This document shows positions 35,208-43,290 of a stretch of 64,000 nt of DNA, piece after piece (positions within the stretch are counted from its first letter, which is position 1; every line of letters begins with the position of its first letter). The notes under the pieces were generated by a model, which worked only from the letters and a program-made list of their open reading frames with translations, searched no databases and had not been told where the DNA came from. The DNA is taken from contig JAFUPM010000026.1 of NCBI GenBank assembly GCA_017481225.1, positions 8,418-72,417 on the forward strand, given 5' to 3'. The position numbers and the translations under genes are program-made. The stretch is from Clostridia bacterium (GTDB lineage: Bacteria; Bacillota; Clostridia; Oscillospirales; CAG-272).

Positions 35208-37040
35208 TTATAATTTATTTATGGTGATTTTTACTTTTAAGGTGTCCCTAGACTCTGCGCAAAAGGCTCTGTAGTGACCGTTTCGGTTAGCCGACGTAAA
35301 GCCAAGGTCGAGAATTTTGCCGTCGGTTTCATAGAGGCAAACCCAACCGCCGTAGGAAACGGTAAGGGTGCTGTCACTCTCGGCTATATCGGTGGACTCC
35401 TCACCGTCGAAGGTGAAGGCAGGGAGCATACAGGCAATATCGCCGTTCCCCGACAGCTCAAGGTAGACACCATCTCCTCCTACCTTGCAGAGCGTTCTGA
35501 TTATCCTGCCATCACTAAAGGCGCAGCTAATCTCTGCCGAAGCGTAGTCCAACTCTTCTCTGAGGCTTACAAGCTCGAGGTGCGCTGTGCCGTCCGCCGA
35601 GAAGCAGAGGCTGTCGCCACATCGGATACCCGGGCAAATTGAAAGAGGGGTGGGAGCTATATCCAGCTTATACTTAGGGTGAGAGGGGCAGGGGTGCGAC
35701 ATACAGACAGTGGCGGGCGCTTTGGCTCTGTGTACTCTTCCGACACCGCAAGCATCATAGCGCAGGTCCGCATTCAGGTCAAGCTCCGCCATATATTCGC
35801 CGCACTTCAAAAATACCTTATGGAAGCGGTCCGACGTGGCAAAGGCGCAGGGGGTGCTGTCGGACAATGCAAGTGCCGCGGTGCTGTCGGGCTCTGCGAG
35901 TGCCGATATGTTACCAGACTCTTCAAGTGCAGGTGCTACTTTGAGCGTTGCTGTGCCGTGGGGTTCTGTGAGTGCCGCGGTATTGCAGGGCTTTGTGAGC
36001 GCCGCGGTGCTATCGGGCTCTGCGAGTTCCGATGTGCTGTCGCAAAGAAGGTACGCCGCGTAAAGATTGGATGCCACCGTAATCATATATTTATCAAAGT
36101 AGGCGTAGCCCTCGCAGCCGTAGCCCGTATCCCTTGGATAGCGGTTTTTTATATGGGTCATAGGCTGCTTTGAAAGCCACTCTTCGGTTACGGATATTGC
36201 CGAGAATGCCGCAGCTTTGAACCTTTTTGCAAGCTCTGTGTTACCCTCCCTTGCATACCGTGAGCTTTCGTACTCGAACACAGCCGCTGCCCAGGGCTCG
36301 TTATGGATAAACTGATTGGACCTGCCGCCGAATGGAATTTCTCCGTTGGTTGACTGCATTTTCAGAGAGCAAATTCCCGAGCTTTTCAGCGCGCTGTCAA
36401 TTACCTCAAAATACTTACCCCTATAGCCGAGGTGAAGCAAAAGGCAGAAAAGCCCTCTGGTAACGTAATCGTATACAATGGGCTGATGTATCCTTTCGCT
36501 TTCGTAGTCGCAGTACATTCCGTTTGAGTCGAGCCACTTAATCTGGCAGGAGAGCTGCTTTTCCACAAAGGGAAGAGAGCCACAAAGTCCGCTGGAATAT
36601 CTTGCAAACTCGCTTACAGCGCCGAAAACCGCCCAGTTGGTTATAGGGTCGTCCTCACTCTCAACGATTTTGTTGTAGCACTCCTCAGGGACGATTTTCA
36701 CAAGGTCACGTTTCCAGCCCTCAAGAAGGGCGGAGTCCAAGACTCCCGACTCCTCAAGCTCGTTTATGCAAAAGACAATTTCGCGGACGGAGAACTCGTT
36801 CGCCGCCTTTACCCTCGGGCGCAAAAACATAGAGCAGCAAAGAGTCATCATTTCAATAAATTCGGGGAGAAGGTCCCGACATCTGCCCTTCGCAATCAAA
36901 ATGCCGATAGTTGCCGTCAGCCTTGGAAAGCCGTGCTCGGTGAGTCCGTTTTCCTTGACTGTTGAGATATATTTGTTTATATGCTCGCGAGAGTAGGCGA
37001 GAAGCGCCTTCTCCATAAGGTCAATATAGATTTTTTTCAT
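35208..37040 (-). CDS. Hypothetical 610-aa protein with an internal 27-nt (9-aa) tandem-repeat linker
   Basis: This long ORF has normal codon usage and no family I can name with confidence. The N-terminal ~330 aa might be an alpha/alpha-toroid enzyme, but that is a guess. The repeats AEPDSTAAL/TKPCNTAAL/TEPHGTATL are encoded at 35853-36041. Confidence 0.55.
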   Translation of the reverse strand: MKKIYIDLMEKALLAYSREHINKYISTVKENGLTEHGFPRLTATIGILIAKGRCRDLLPEFIEMMTLCCSMFLRPRVKAANEFSVREIVFCINELEESGVLDSALLEGWKRDLVKIVPEECYNKIVESEDDPITNWAVFGAVSEFARYSSGLCGSLPFVEKQLSCQIKWLDSNGMYCDYESERIHQPIVYDYVTRGLFCLLLHLGYRGKYFEVIDSALKSSGICSLKMQSTNGEIPFGGRSNQFIHNEPWAAAVFEYESSRYAREGNTELAKRFKAAAFSAISVTEEWLSKQPMTHIKNRYPRDTGYGCEGYAYFDKYMITVASNLYAAYLLCDSTSELAEPDSTAALTKPCNTAALTEPHGTATLKVAPALEESGNISALAEPDSTAALALSDSTPCAFATSDRFHKVFLKCGEYMAELDLNADLRYDACGVGRVHRAKAPATVCMSHPCPSHPKYKLDIAPTPLSICPGIRCGDSLCFSADGTAHLELVSLREELDYASAEISCAFSDGRIIRTLCKVGGDGVYLELSGNGDIACMLPAFTFDGEESTDIAESDSTLTVSYGGWVCLYETDGKILDLGFTSANRNGHYRAFCAESRDTLKVKITINKL

Positions 37041-37142
37041 AAAACCACCTTTTGCTCTGTCAGCTGCGCCACATGGCTCGGGGATAACAGAGGCACACTT
37101 ATGCTTTGATATTTTGATATCCTTTCGGTTGCATTGGAGAAA

Positions 37143-37832
37143 TCAGCCGCGCCACACGGCTCGGGGAATATATTCCCGAAGAGCTGACTCAAGCTCACGC
37201 ATTTCCCCGTCGGAGTAAGCCGACATTCCCTCGCAGAGTATATCTCCCGAGTCCTTGAAGCTTTGGAGAAAGAAGCTCTCCTCGCCCGCAAGCCACCTGC
37301 CAATGGAGACTATATCCTCCTTTGTGTGCAGCTCCTTCACGACTGTTGTGCGGAACTCAAAGTCCACCTTGCCTTCCATAAGCTGCGCCGCACTTTCGTA
37401 TATGGGCTTTAAGTCAATGGCCTCTATTCCGACGCACCTGCCGTAGCCCTCGGGGGAGCTTTTTATATCCATTGCCACGTAGTCCACAAGTCCCTCGGAC
37501 AAAAGCTCCCGAAGAACCTCGGGGCGGTAGCCGTTGGTATCAAGCTTTACCGCAAAGCCAAGTGCTTTTATTTTCTTTAGAAATTCGGGAAGCTCTCGGT
37601 GCAGGGTGGGCTCGCCTCCGCTTACACATACTCCCCGAAGCCTTCCGCGGCGGCTCTCAAGGAAGGAGAAAAACTCTCCTTCGGAAATATCATCGCCCTC
37701 GCTCTCGGGGCGAACCAGCGACGCGTTATGGCAGAACGGGCAGCGGAAATTGCAGCCGCCGAGAAAAACCGTGCAGGCAAGCTTCTCGGGGAAGTCAAGC
37801 AACGTCAGCTTTTGCAGTCCTTTTATCTTCAT
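37143..37832 (-). CDS. nrdG: Anaerobic ribonucleoside-triphosphate reductase activating protein (radical SAM)
   Basis: The N-terminus LLDFPEKLACTVFLGGCNFRCPFCHN (CX3CX2C) and GVCVSGGEPT are present in this 229-aa protein. Confidence 0.9.
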   Translation of the reverse strand: MKIKGLQKLTLLDFPEKLACTVFLGGCNFRCPFCHNASLVRPESEGDDISEGEFFSFLESRRGRLRGVCVSGGEPTLHRELPEFLKKIKALGFAVKLDTNGYRPEVLRELLSEGLVDYVAMDIKSSPEGYGRCVGIEAIDLKPIYESAAQLMEGKVDFEFRTTVVKELHTKEDIVSIGRWLAGEESFFLQSFKDSGDILCEGMSAYSDGEMRELESALREYIPRAVWRG

Positions 37833-38064
37833 AGGTGTTACCTCACAGACACTCTTATTAGTTTAGCCAAGACAGGTTAAAGCTCGGTTGGGGAGTGCCG
37901 TTTTTTCTACACTCTAATTATACTAAAAGTCGGTGGAATTGTCAAATAAAAGTTGACCCTAGGCAGCTTTTGCACTATTCCGAAAAAAAACAGTCCTCGC
38001 GGACACAGAAGCTGCGCTTTTAAAATCTTTATTAAGGACCGCAACGCCAGTGACAAAATAACGC

Positions 38065-38102
38065 AAAGGCACTTATGTCAATAACTGCCATAAGTGCCTT
38101 TT
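38065..38102. terminator. Hairpin terminator downstream of the RHH gene
   Basis: A 13-bp perfect stem joins aaaggcacttatg and cataagtgccttt. Confidence 0.55.
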
Positions 38103-38122
38103 ATGCCGCCTTCAAAACGAGT

Positions 38123-38314
38123 TTAATTTGCTTTTGGTTCTTTTGGAATTGCGATTTCTCCCTCGCTTTTTTCAAAAGCCTTTATTTCCTGTCTGATTAA
38201 ATAAAGTATTTCTCCGTTCGCCGAGCGACCGTAATACTTCGATATATAGTGAAGCTTATAATGAAGCTCAGGGTCAATTTCAATTCCAAGGTGCTTATTA
38301 TTTTTATTTCTCAT
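38123..38314 (-). CDS. Ribbon-helix-helix (Arc/CopG-like) DNA-binding protein
   Basis: This 63-aa protein has KHLGIEIDPELHYKLHYISKYYGRSANGEILYLIRQEI, which fits a beta-strand/helix/helix RHH pattern. A GGAG RBS is present. Confidence 0.6.
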   Translation of the reverse strand: MRNKNNKHLGIEIDPELHYKLHYISKYYGRSANGEILYLIRQEIKAFEKSEGEIAIPKEPKAN

Positions 38315-38414
38315 AAAATTCTCCGTTTAGCAATTTCCCGTTCTCCTGTCGGTAGGTATATTCTTTTTTACTGCTCTACTGTACGCACCTAAATAAGACC
38401 TCTGGTGAGGATTA

Positions 38415-38593
38415 TTATTTCAGCGACAGAACGTCGTTTATTTCTTTGCGGCTGTCGCCGTTTTTCAGATAATCCTTGAGAATTATATTTATAAACTGAG
38501 AAAGAGAGCGTTCGTAATAATCTGCCTTATGGCGAATTTGCTTCAGAACTCTCCGTCAACGGTTATGCTAATCTTTTCTTTTAACGGTTTCAT
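38415..38593 (-). pseudogene. Frameshifted CopG/RHH-family gene
   Basis: The ATG at 38593 gives MKPLKEKISITVDGEF and then a stop at 38545-38543. A one-base frame shift restores LKQIRHKADYYERSLSQFINIILKDYLKNGDSRKEINDVLSLK, ending at 38415. Joined, the two parts make a canonical ~59-aa RHH protein. Confidence 0.55.
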
Positions 38594-38666
38594 ATCATTC
38601 ATACCTTCGTACCACCTTCAAAAAGCAGATTTTTAAGTAAATTATAGCAGAAAATAGGATTTTGTA

Positions 38667-38700
38667 TTGACAAATAGGATAAAGTAGTATATTATACTAC
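38667..38700 (+). promoter_or_regulatory. Promoter TTGACA-17-TATTAT overlapped by the 8+1+8 palindrome GTAGTATA-T-TATACTAC
   Basis: The -35 box lies at 38667-38672, the -10 box at 38690-38695 and the palindrome at 38684-38700. The site lies between the divergent RHH pseudogene and the 140-aa ORF. Confidence 0.5.
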
Positions 38701-38727
38701 TAAAGAGTTATTTAAGAGGGAGGGATT

Positions 38728-39150
38728 ATGATGAAAGGCTTTAGTCACACAGACATACCCTTTGGAGTAAATGAATTTTTGAGAAGCAAGGACGAGGAAA
38801 TCAGAAGGCTTGAAGAGCTGATGAAGCCTTATCTTGAGGAGGAGTACGAGCTTTATCCCAACGCCGAGGAGGTACTGCAAAATATAAAGAATATATGCCG
38901 TACCATTGCAGACGGCACAGAGCCCGAGGTTTTCATTTCGAAAAAGCATCTTTTGGTTCACGTGAGCTTTGAGGTACTTTCGCTTACGCTGACCGCGGAG
39001 CGGGTCGAGGCTTTGGATAAGCTTGTGTCACTGTCGGAGGGAGTGGAGATAAGCGCTTATAGGGGAAGGGTAGGATTTACCGTGACGGTACCGTACTTCG
39101 CTGACGGGCAAAAAGCTCCGCTTCTGAGGGCGCTGTATGATATGAAGTGA
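38728..39150 (+). CDS. Hypothetical 140-aa protein
   Basis: This ORF has a GAGGGAGGG RBS and a dedicated promoter. I recognise no motif in it. Confidence 0.5.
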   Translation: MMKGFSHTDIPFGVNEFLRSKDEEIRRLEELMKPYLEEEYELYPNAEEVLQNIKNICRTIADGTEPEVFISKKHLLVHVSFEVLSLTLTAERVEALDKLVSLSEGVEISAYRGRVGFTVTVPYFADGQKAPLLRALYDMK

Positions 39151-39395
39151 GAGCTTGGTTTCCGTGCACTCCCGTTTTGGATAGCGCGCGAAGGGGTGAG
39201 TGAGGTTACGGTTTTTTAAAAAACGAAATAGCGAAACCAAATAGAAAGCGTCTGTGCTTTCGGTTTTTGGCGAGGGCTTCTGCTTGAGGCTCTCGCCTAA
39301 ATTTTTCCTATAAAAATTTTCTTTATAAGTTATTTTCGGGCAGAAAAAAACGGGCTATTTTTTCTTACTCAAAAATGCACAAATTTCCTGTCGAG

Positions 39396-39443
39396 ATACT
39401 AGATATTGTGACGAAAATTCGAAAAATACACCATATTTTGTAT
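39396..39443. promoter_or_regulatory. Two candidate NrdR boxes spaced 32 bp apart
   Basis: atactagatattgtga (39396-39411) and acaccatattttgtat (39428-39443) each match 13 of 16 positions of the acacWatatatWgtgt palindrome as I recall it. They lie just upstream of the nrdD promoter. Confidence 0.45.
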
Positions 39444-39451
39444 TTTTAGCA

Positions 39452-39480
39452 TTGACTTTTCCACATAATTGTGTTATTAT
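39452..39480 (+). promoter_or_regulatory. Sigma-A promoter TTGACT-17-TATTAT for nrdD, implying a ~315-nt leader
   Basis: TTGACT lies at 39452-39457 and TATTAT at 39475-39480. Confidence 0.55.
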
Positions 39481-39802
39481 ATATGCGCACGGAAAAAGTG
39501 AGTCCGTGGAAAATCCTTAAAAATGAAACCGCCCTTTTAACCCGGGGTGGTTTTCCCTATCTTATAAGGGTTTTGCATATTTTCGTGCATAAATTTTAGG
39601 TTTATGCATACTTTGACAGAAAAGCCTCAATCTTCTCGGCAATCCCTTTTGGGGAAGGGTGGAATATTTATTCTTACGGAGAGCTTTTCGGGCGGCTTTG
39701 GCTGCCTTTGTCGGGGGAAAAACACGGACACGCCTTGGGCGCACTTTTGAGGCTATTAATAATATTAATAATAAATAAAGGAAGAAAAGAAAGGAGAAAC
39801 AA

Positions 39803-42193
39803 ATGTATACTGTTCTGAAAAGAGACGGTAAGGTCGTTGATTTTGACATTAACAAGATTAGTGAAGCGATGATTCTGGCGTTTGACGCTCAGGAGAAAAA
39901 CTACAATCGCAATATTATAGATTTTCTGGCATTGAAGGTAACCGCAGACTTCGAGCCCAAGATTAAGGAGGGGCACATTGCTGTCGAGGATATCCAGGAC
40001 AGCGTTGAGTCGGTGCTTGTTCAGGCAGGATATGCCGACGTTGCGAAGGCGTACATTCTCTATCGCCGCCAGAGAGAAAAGCTCCGTAATATGAAGTCCA
40101 CCGTTCTTGACTACAAGACGACGGTTGATAACTATCTCAAGGTAAGTGACTGGAGAGTTAAGGAAAACTCCACTGTTACCTACTCCGTAGGAGGACTTAT
40201 TCTTAATAACTCGGGTGCTATTACCGCGAACTATTGGCTCTCCGAGATTTACGACGACGAGATTGCCAAGGCGCACAAGCATGCCGACATACATATTCAC
40301 GACCTCTCTATGCTTACGGGCTACTGCGCAGGCTGGTCCTTGAAGCAGCTTATCCAAGAGGGTCTTGGAGGCGTTGTAGGTAAGATTACCTCTGCTCCCG
40401 CAAAGCATCTTGCTACCCTTTGCAACCAGATGGTAAACTTCCTCGGCATTATGCAGAACGAGTGGGCAGGCGCACAGGCGTTCTCCTCCTTCGATACCTA
40501 CCTTGCGCCCTTCGTTAAGGTAGACAACCTCTCCTACGACCAGGTTAAAAAGTGCATTGAGTCCTTCATTTACGGCGTAAATACCCCCTCCCGTTGGGGT
40601 ACTCAGGCGCCCTTCTCCAACATAACCCTCGACTGGACCGTTCCTGCTGACCTTGCGGAGCTTCCCGCTATCGTAGGCGGCAAGGAGATGGACTTCAAGT
40701 ATAAGGACTGTAAGGCTGAGATGGATATGGTTAACCGCGCGTTCATCGAGACGATGATTGAGGGCGACGCCAACGGACGCGGCTTCCAGTATCCTATCCC
40801 CACCTACTCTATCACCCGTAACTTTGACTGGTCGGAGACCGAGAACAACAAGCTCCTCTTCGAGATGACCTCCAAGTACGGAACTCCCTACTTCTCCAAC
40901 TACATTAACAGCGATATGGAGCCCAGCGACGTCAGGTCTATGTGCTGCCGTCTGCGCCTTGACCTCCGCGAGCTTCGCAAAAAGTCGGGCGGCTTCTTCG
41001 GAAGCGGCGAAAGCACAGGCTCTGTGGGCGTTGTTACCATCAATATGCCGAGAATTGCTTATCTTGCGGCTGATAAGGAGGACTTCTTCCACCGTCTTGA
41101 CCGTATGATGGACATTGCGGCTCGCTCTCTTAAGATTAAGAGAACCGTTATTACAAAACTCCTCGACGAGGGTCTTTACCCCTACACCAAGAGATATCTC
41201 GGCACCTTCGCTAACCACTTCTCCACCATAGGACTTGTTGGTATGAACGAGGTTGGACTTAACGCCAAGTGGCTTGGTAAGGATATGACACACAAGGAAA
41301 CCCAGGAGTTCACAGCGCTCGTCCTTGACCACATGAGAGAGCGTCTGTCCGACTACCAGGAGGAGTACGGCGACCTCTATAACCTTGAGGCTACTCCTGC
41401 GGAGTCTACCAGCTACCGCCTTGCGAAGCACGACCTTCGCCGTTATCCCGCTATCATCACCGCGTCGGATAAGACGAAGAACGAGACTCCCTACTACACC
41501 AACTCCTCTCACCTTCCCGTAGGCTACACCGACGATATATTCGCTGCCCTTGATATTCAGGACGAGCTGCAGACCCGTTATACCTCGGGTACCGTATTCC
41601 ACGCCTTCCTTGGCGAGAAGCTCCCCTCTTGGAAATCTGCGGCAACCCTTATCCGCACTATTGCGGAGAACTATAAGCTCCCCTATTACACCCTTTCTCC
41701 CACCTATTCCGTATGTAAAAACCACGGATATATTGCAGGCGAGGCGTATTCCTGCCCTCACTGCGGAGAGAAAACCGAGGTTTACAGCCGTATTACGGGC
41801 TACTACCGCCCCGTTCAGAACTGGAACGACGGCAAAACCCAGGAGTATAAGGACAGAGTGGTTTACTCCCCCTCTCACTTCGGCGACAAGGCTCCCATAC
41901 TCGGAGATATGCCCTTTACGGAGGATGCGGCTGTGGCTACCTCTGCCACGGTGGACAAGCTTCTCCTCTTCACCACCAAGACCTGCCCCAAGTGCCGTAT
42001 GGCGAAAACCTTCCTTGAGAAGGCGGGCATTGAGTATGAGACCGTGCTGGCTGACGAGAACGCAGAGCTTGTTAACCTTTACGGCGTGAAGGAGGCTCCC
42101 ACCCTCGTAATTCTTGCAGATGACGGCAGCTTTGAGAAGGTCAGCAACCCCTCGAATATCAAGGCGTTCTGCGACAAGAGCGTCAACGCCTAA
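39803..42193 (+). CDS. nrdD: Anaerobic ribonucleoside-triphosphate reductase (class III) with a fused C-terminal thioredoxin/glutaredoxin-like domain
   Basis: This 796-aa protein has an N-terminal ATP-cone (MYTVLKRDGKVVDFDINKI), a finger loop SMCCRLRL, a Zn site CPHCG and the glycyl-radical motif RITGYYRP. About 125 extra residues follow and contain FTTKTCPKC. Confidence 0.95.
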   Translation: MYTVLKRDGKVVDFDINKISEAMILAFDAQEKNYNRNIIDFLALKVTADFEPKIKEGHIAVEDIQDSVESVLVQAGYADVAKAYILYRRQREKLRNMKSTVLDYKTTVDNYLKVSDWRVKENSTVTYSVGGLILNNSGAITANYWLSEIYDDEIAKAHKHADIHIHDLSMLTGYCAGWSLKQLIQEGLGGVVGKITSAPAKHLATLCNQMVNFLGIMQNEWAGAQAFSSFDTYLAPFVKVDNLSYDQVKKCIESFIYGVNTPSRWGTQAPFSNITLDWTVPADLAELPAIVGGKEMDFKYKDCKAEMDMVNRAFIETMIEGDANGRGFQYPIPTYSITRNFDWSETENNKLLFEMTSKYGTPYFSNYINSDMEPSDVRSMCCRLRLDLRELRKKSGGFFGSGESTGSVGVVTINMPRIAYLAADKEDFFHRLDRMMDIAARSLKIKRTVITKLLDEGLYPYTKRYLGTFANHFSTIGLVGMNEVGLNAKWLGKDMTHKETQEFTALVLDHMRERLSDYQEEYGDLYNLEATPAESTSYRLAKHDLRRYPAIITASDKTKNETPYYTNSSHLPVGYTDDIFAALDIQDELQTRYTSGTVFHAFLGEKLPSWKSAATLIRTIAENYKLPYYTLSPTYSVCKNHGYIAGEAYSCPHCGEKTEVYSRITGYYRPVQNWNDGKTQEYKDRVVYSPSHFGDKAPILGDMPFTEDAAVATSATVDKLLLFTTKTCPKCRMAKTFLEKAGIEYETVLADENAELVNLYGVKEAPTLVILADDGSFEKVSNPSNIKAFCDKSVNA

Positions 42194-42249
42194 GTAACGC
42201 CAAGGCGTTCTGCGATAGGAGCGTCAACGCCCAAGTAACGCCAAGGCGG
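42160..42249. repeat. 41-nt tandem duplication (2.2 copies) straddling the nrdD stop codon
   Basis: The copies lie at 42160-42200, 42201-42241 and 42242-42249 (partial). Full copies 1 and 2 differ at four positions. Confidence 0.8.
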
Positions 42250-42345
42250 AAAAATTTAATTTATGAAAAACTCGCCCAAGCAGCTAATCTGTTTGGGCGA
42301 GCCTAGTGCTACGACAACGGACGGTAAAACCGTCGGGAGACATAT

Positions 42346-43290
42346 ATGTACGATATAATTATAGTAGGAGCAGGTCCTGCCGGACTCACCGCGGCAATCT
42401 ACGCGCGCAGAGCCGAGAAGAGTGTTCTCGTTATAGAAAAGGACACCTTCGGCGGTCAGATAACCCACTCCCCAAGAGTAGAAAATATCCCCGGCTTCCT
42501 CGAGGTCAGCGGCAACGAGTTCGCCGACAAACTCATCGAGCAGGCGATGGAGCAGGGGGCTGAAATAGAGCTTGACACAGTTACGGGCATTGGCGGAGAA
42601 GAAGGAAACTACACCGTCATTTGCGGAAGCAAGGAGTACCGGGCAAGGTCGGTTATCGTTGCCACAGGCTCAAGGCACAGAACTCTCGGAATTGCAAACG
42701 AGGAGCGCTACACGGGAGAGGGAATTTCCTATTGCGCGGTTTGTGACGGAGCCTTCTTCAGAGGCAAGAGCGTGGCGGTTATCGGCGGCGGAAACTCCGC
42801 TTTGCAGGACGCCGTAATGCTCTCGGAGAGCTGCCCGAAGGTCTACGTTGTGCAGAACCTAGAGTTCCTCACGGGTGAAAAAAAGCTGCAGAAAATACTC
42901 GCTGAGCGCGAGAACGTTGAGTTTATATATAACAGTGTTGTGAAAAGGATTATTGCCGACGGGTCGGAGCTGCGCGGTATAGTTATCGCCGACTCAAGAG
43001 GCGGCGGCGAGATGGAGCTGAGGGTTGACGGAGTGTTCGTTGCAATTGGTCAGGTACCCGAAAACGAGCCCTTCAAGGCGGCTCTTAAGCTTAACGATTA
43101 CGGCTATGTTGTAGCGGGCGAGGGCTGTGTGCCCGAGGCGGCAGAGGACGGAACTGTACCGAGAGGCGGTATTTTCGTCGCGGGAGATTGTCGGACAAAG
43201 TCGGTTCGCCAGGTTACAACCGCCACCGCCGACGGCGCCGTAGCAGCTATCGCCGCTTGCAGATTTATCGACTCTCTCGATAGGGAATAA
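42346..43290 (+). CDS. trxB: Thioredoxin-disulfide reductase homologue lacking the NADPH HRRxxxR motif
   Basis: This 314-aa protein has the FAD motif GAGPAGLTAA, the redox pair CAVCDG and GGGNSA. The segment aligned to HRRDxFRA reads QNLEFLTG. Confidence 0.85.
   Translation: MYDIIIVGAGPAGLTAAIYARRAEKSVLVIEKDTFGGQITHSPRVENIPGFLEVSGNEFADKLIEQAMEQGAEIELDTVTGIGGEEGNYTVICGSKEYRARSVIVATGSRHRTLGIANEERYTGEGISYCAVCDGAFFRGKSVAVIGGGNSALQDAVMLSESCPKVYVVQNLEFLTGEKKLQKILAERENVEFIYNSVVKRIIADGSELRGIVIADSRGGGEMELRVDGVFVAIGQVPENEPFKAALKLNDYGYVVAGEGCVPEAAEDGTVPRGGIFVAGDCRTKSVRQVTTATADGAVAAIAACRFIDSLDRE

Noticed and set aside
39462-39473. A third NrdR box (CACATAATTGTG) inside the promoter spacer.
   Set aside because: The CAC/GTG arms are separated by 6 nt rather than the 8 nt of the NrdR palindrome, so it does not fit the consensus geometry.
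39481-39802. A cobalamin or other known riboswitch in the long nrdD leader, and the 97-aa ORF at 39562-39855 (minus strand).
   Set aside because: I recognised no B12-box-like core or other class signature. The ORF has no RBS and overlaps the nrdD start in antisense. The leader is kept only as an unexplained structured region.
39674-41878. A 734-aa ORF on the minus strand, the longest ORF on that strand in this area.
   Set aside because: It is exactly codon-aligned antisense to nrdD: 41878-39803+1 is divisible by 3. It stays open only because nrdD avoids the sense codons TTA, CTA and TCA. Its translation is V/G/L/N-rich with no motifs, whereas the sense frame has unmistakable NrdD motifs.
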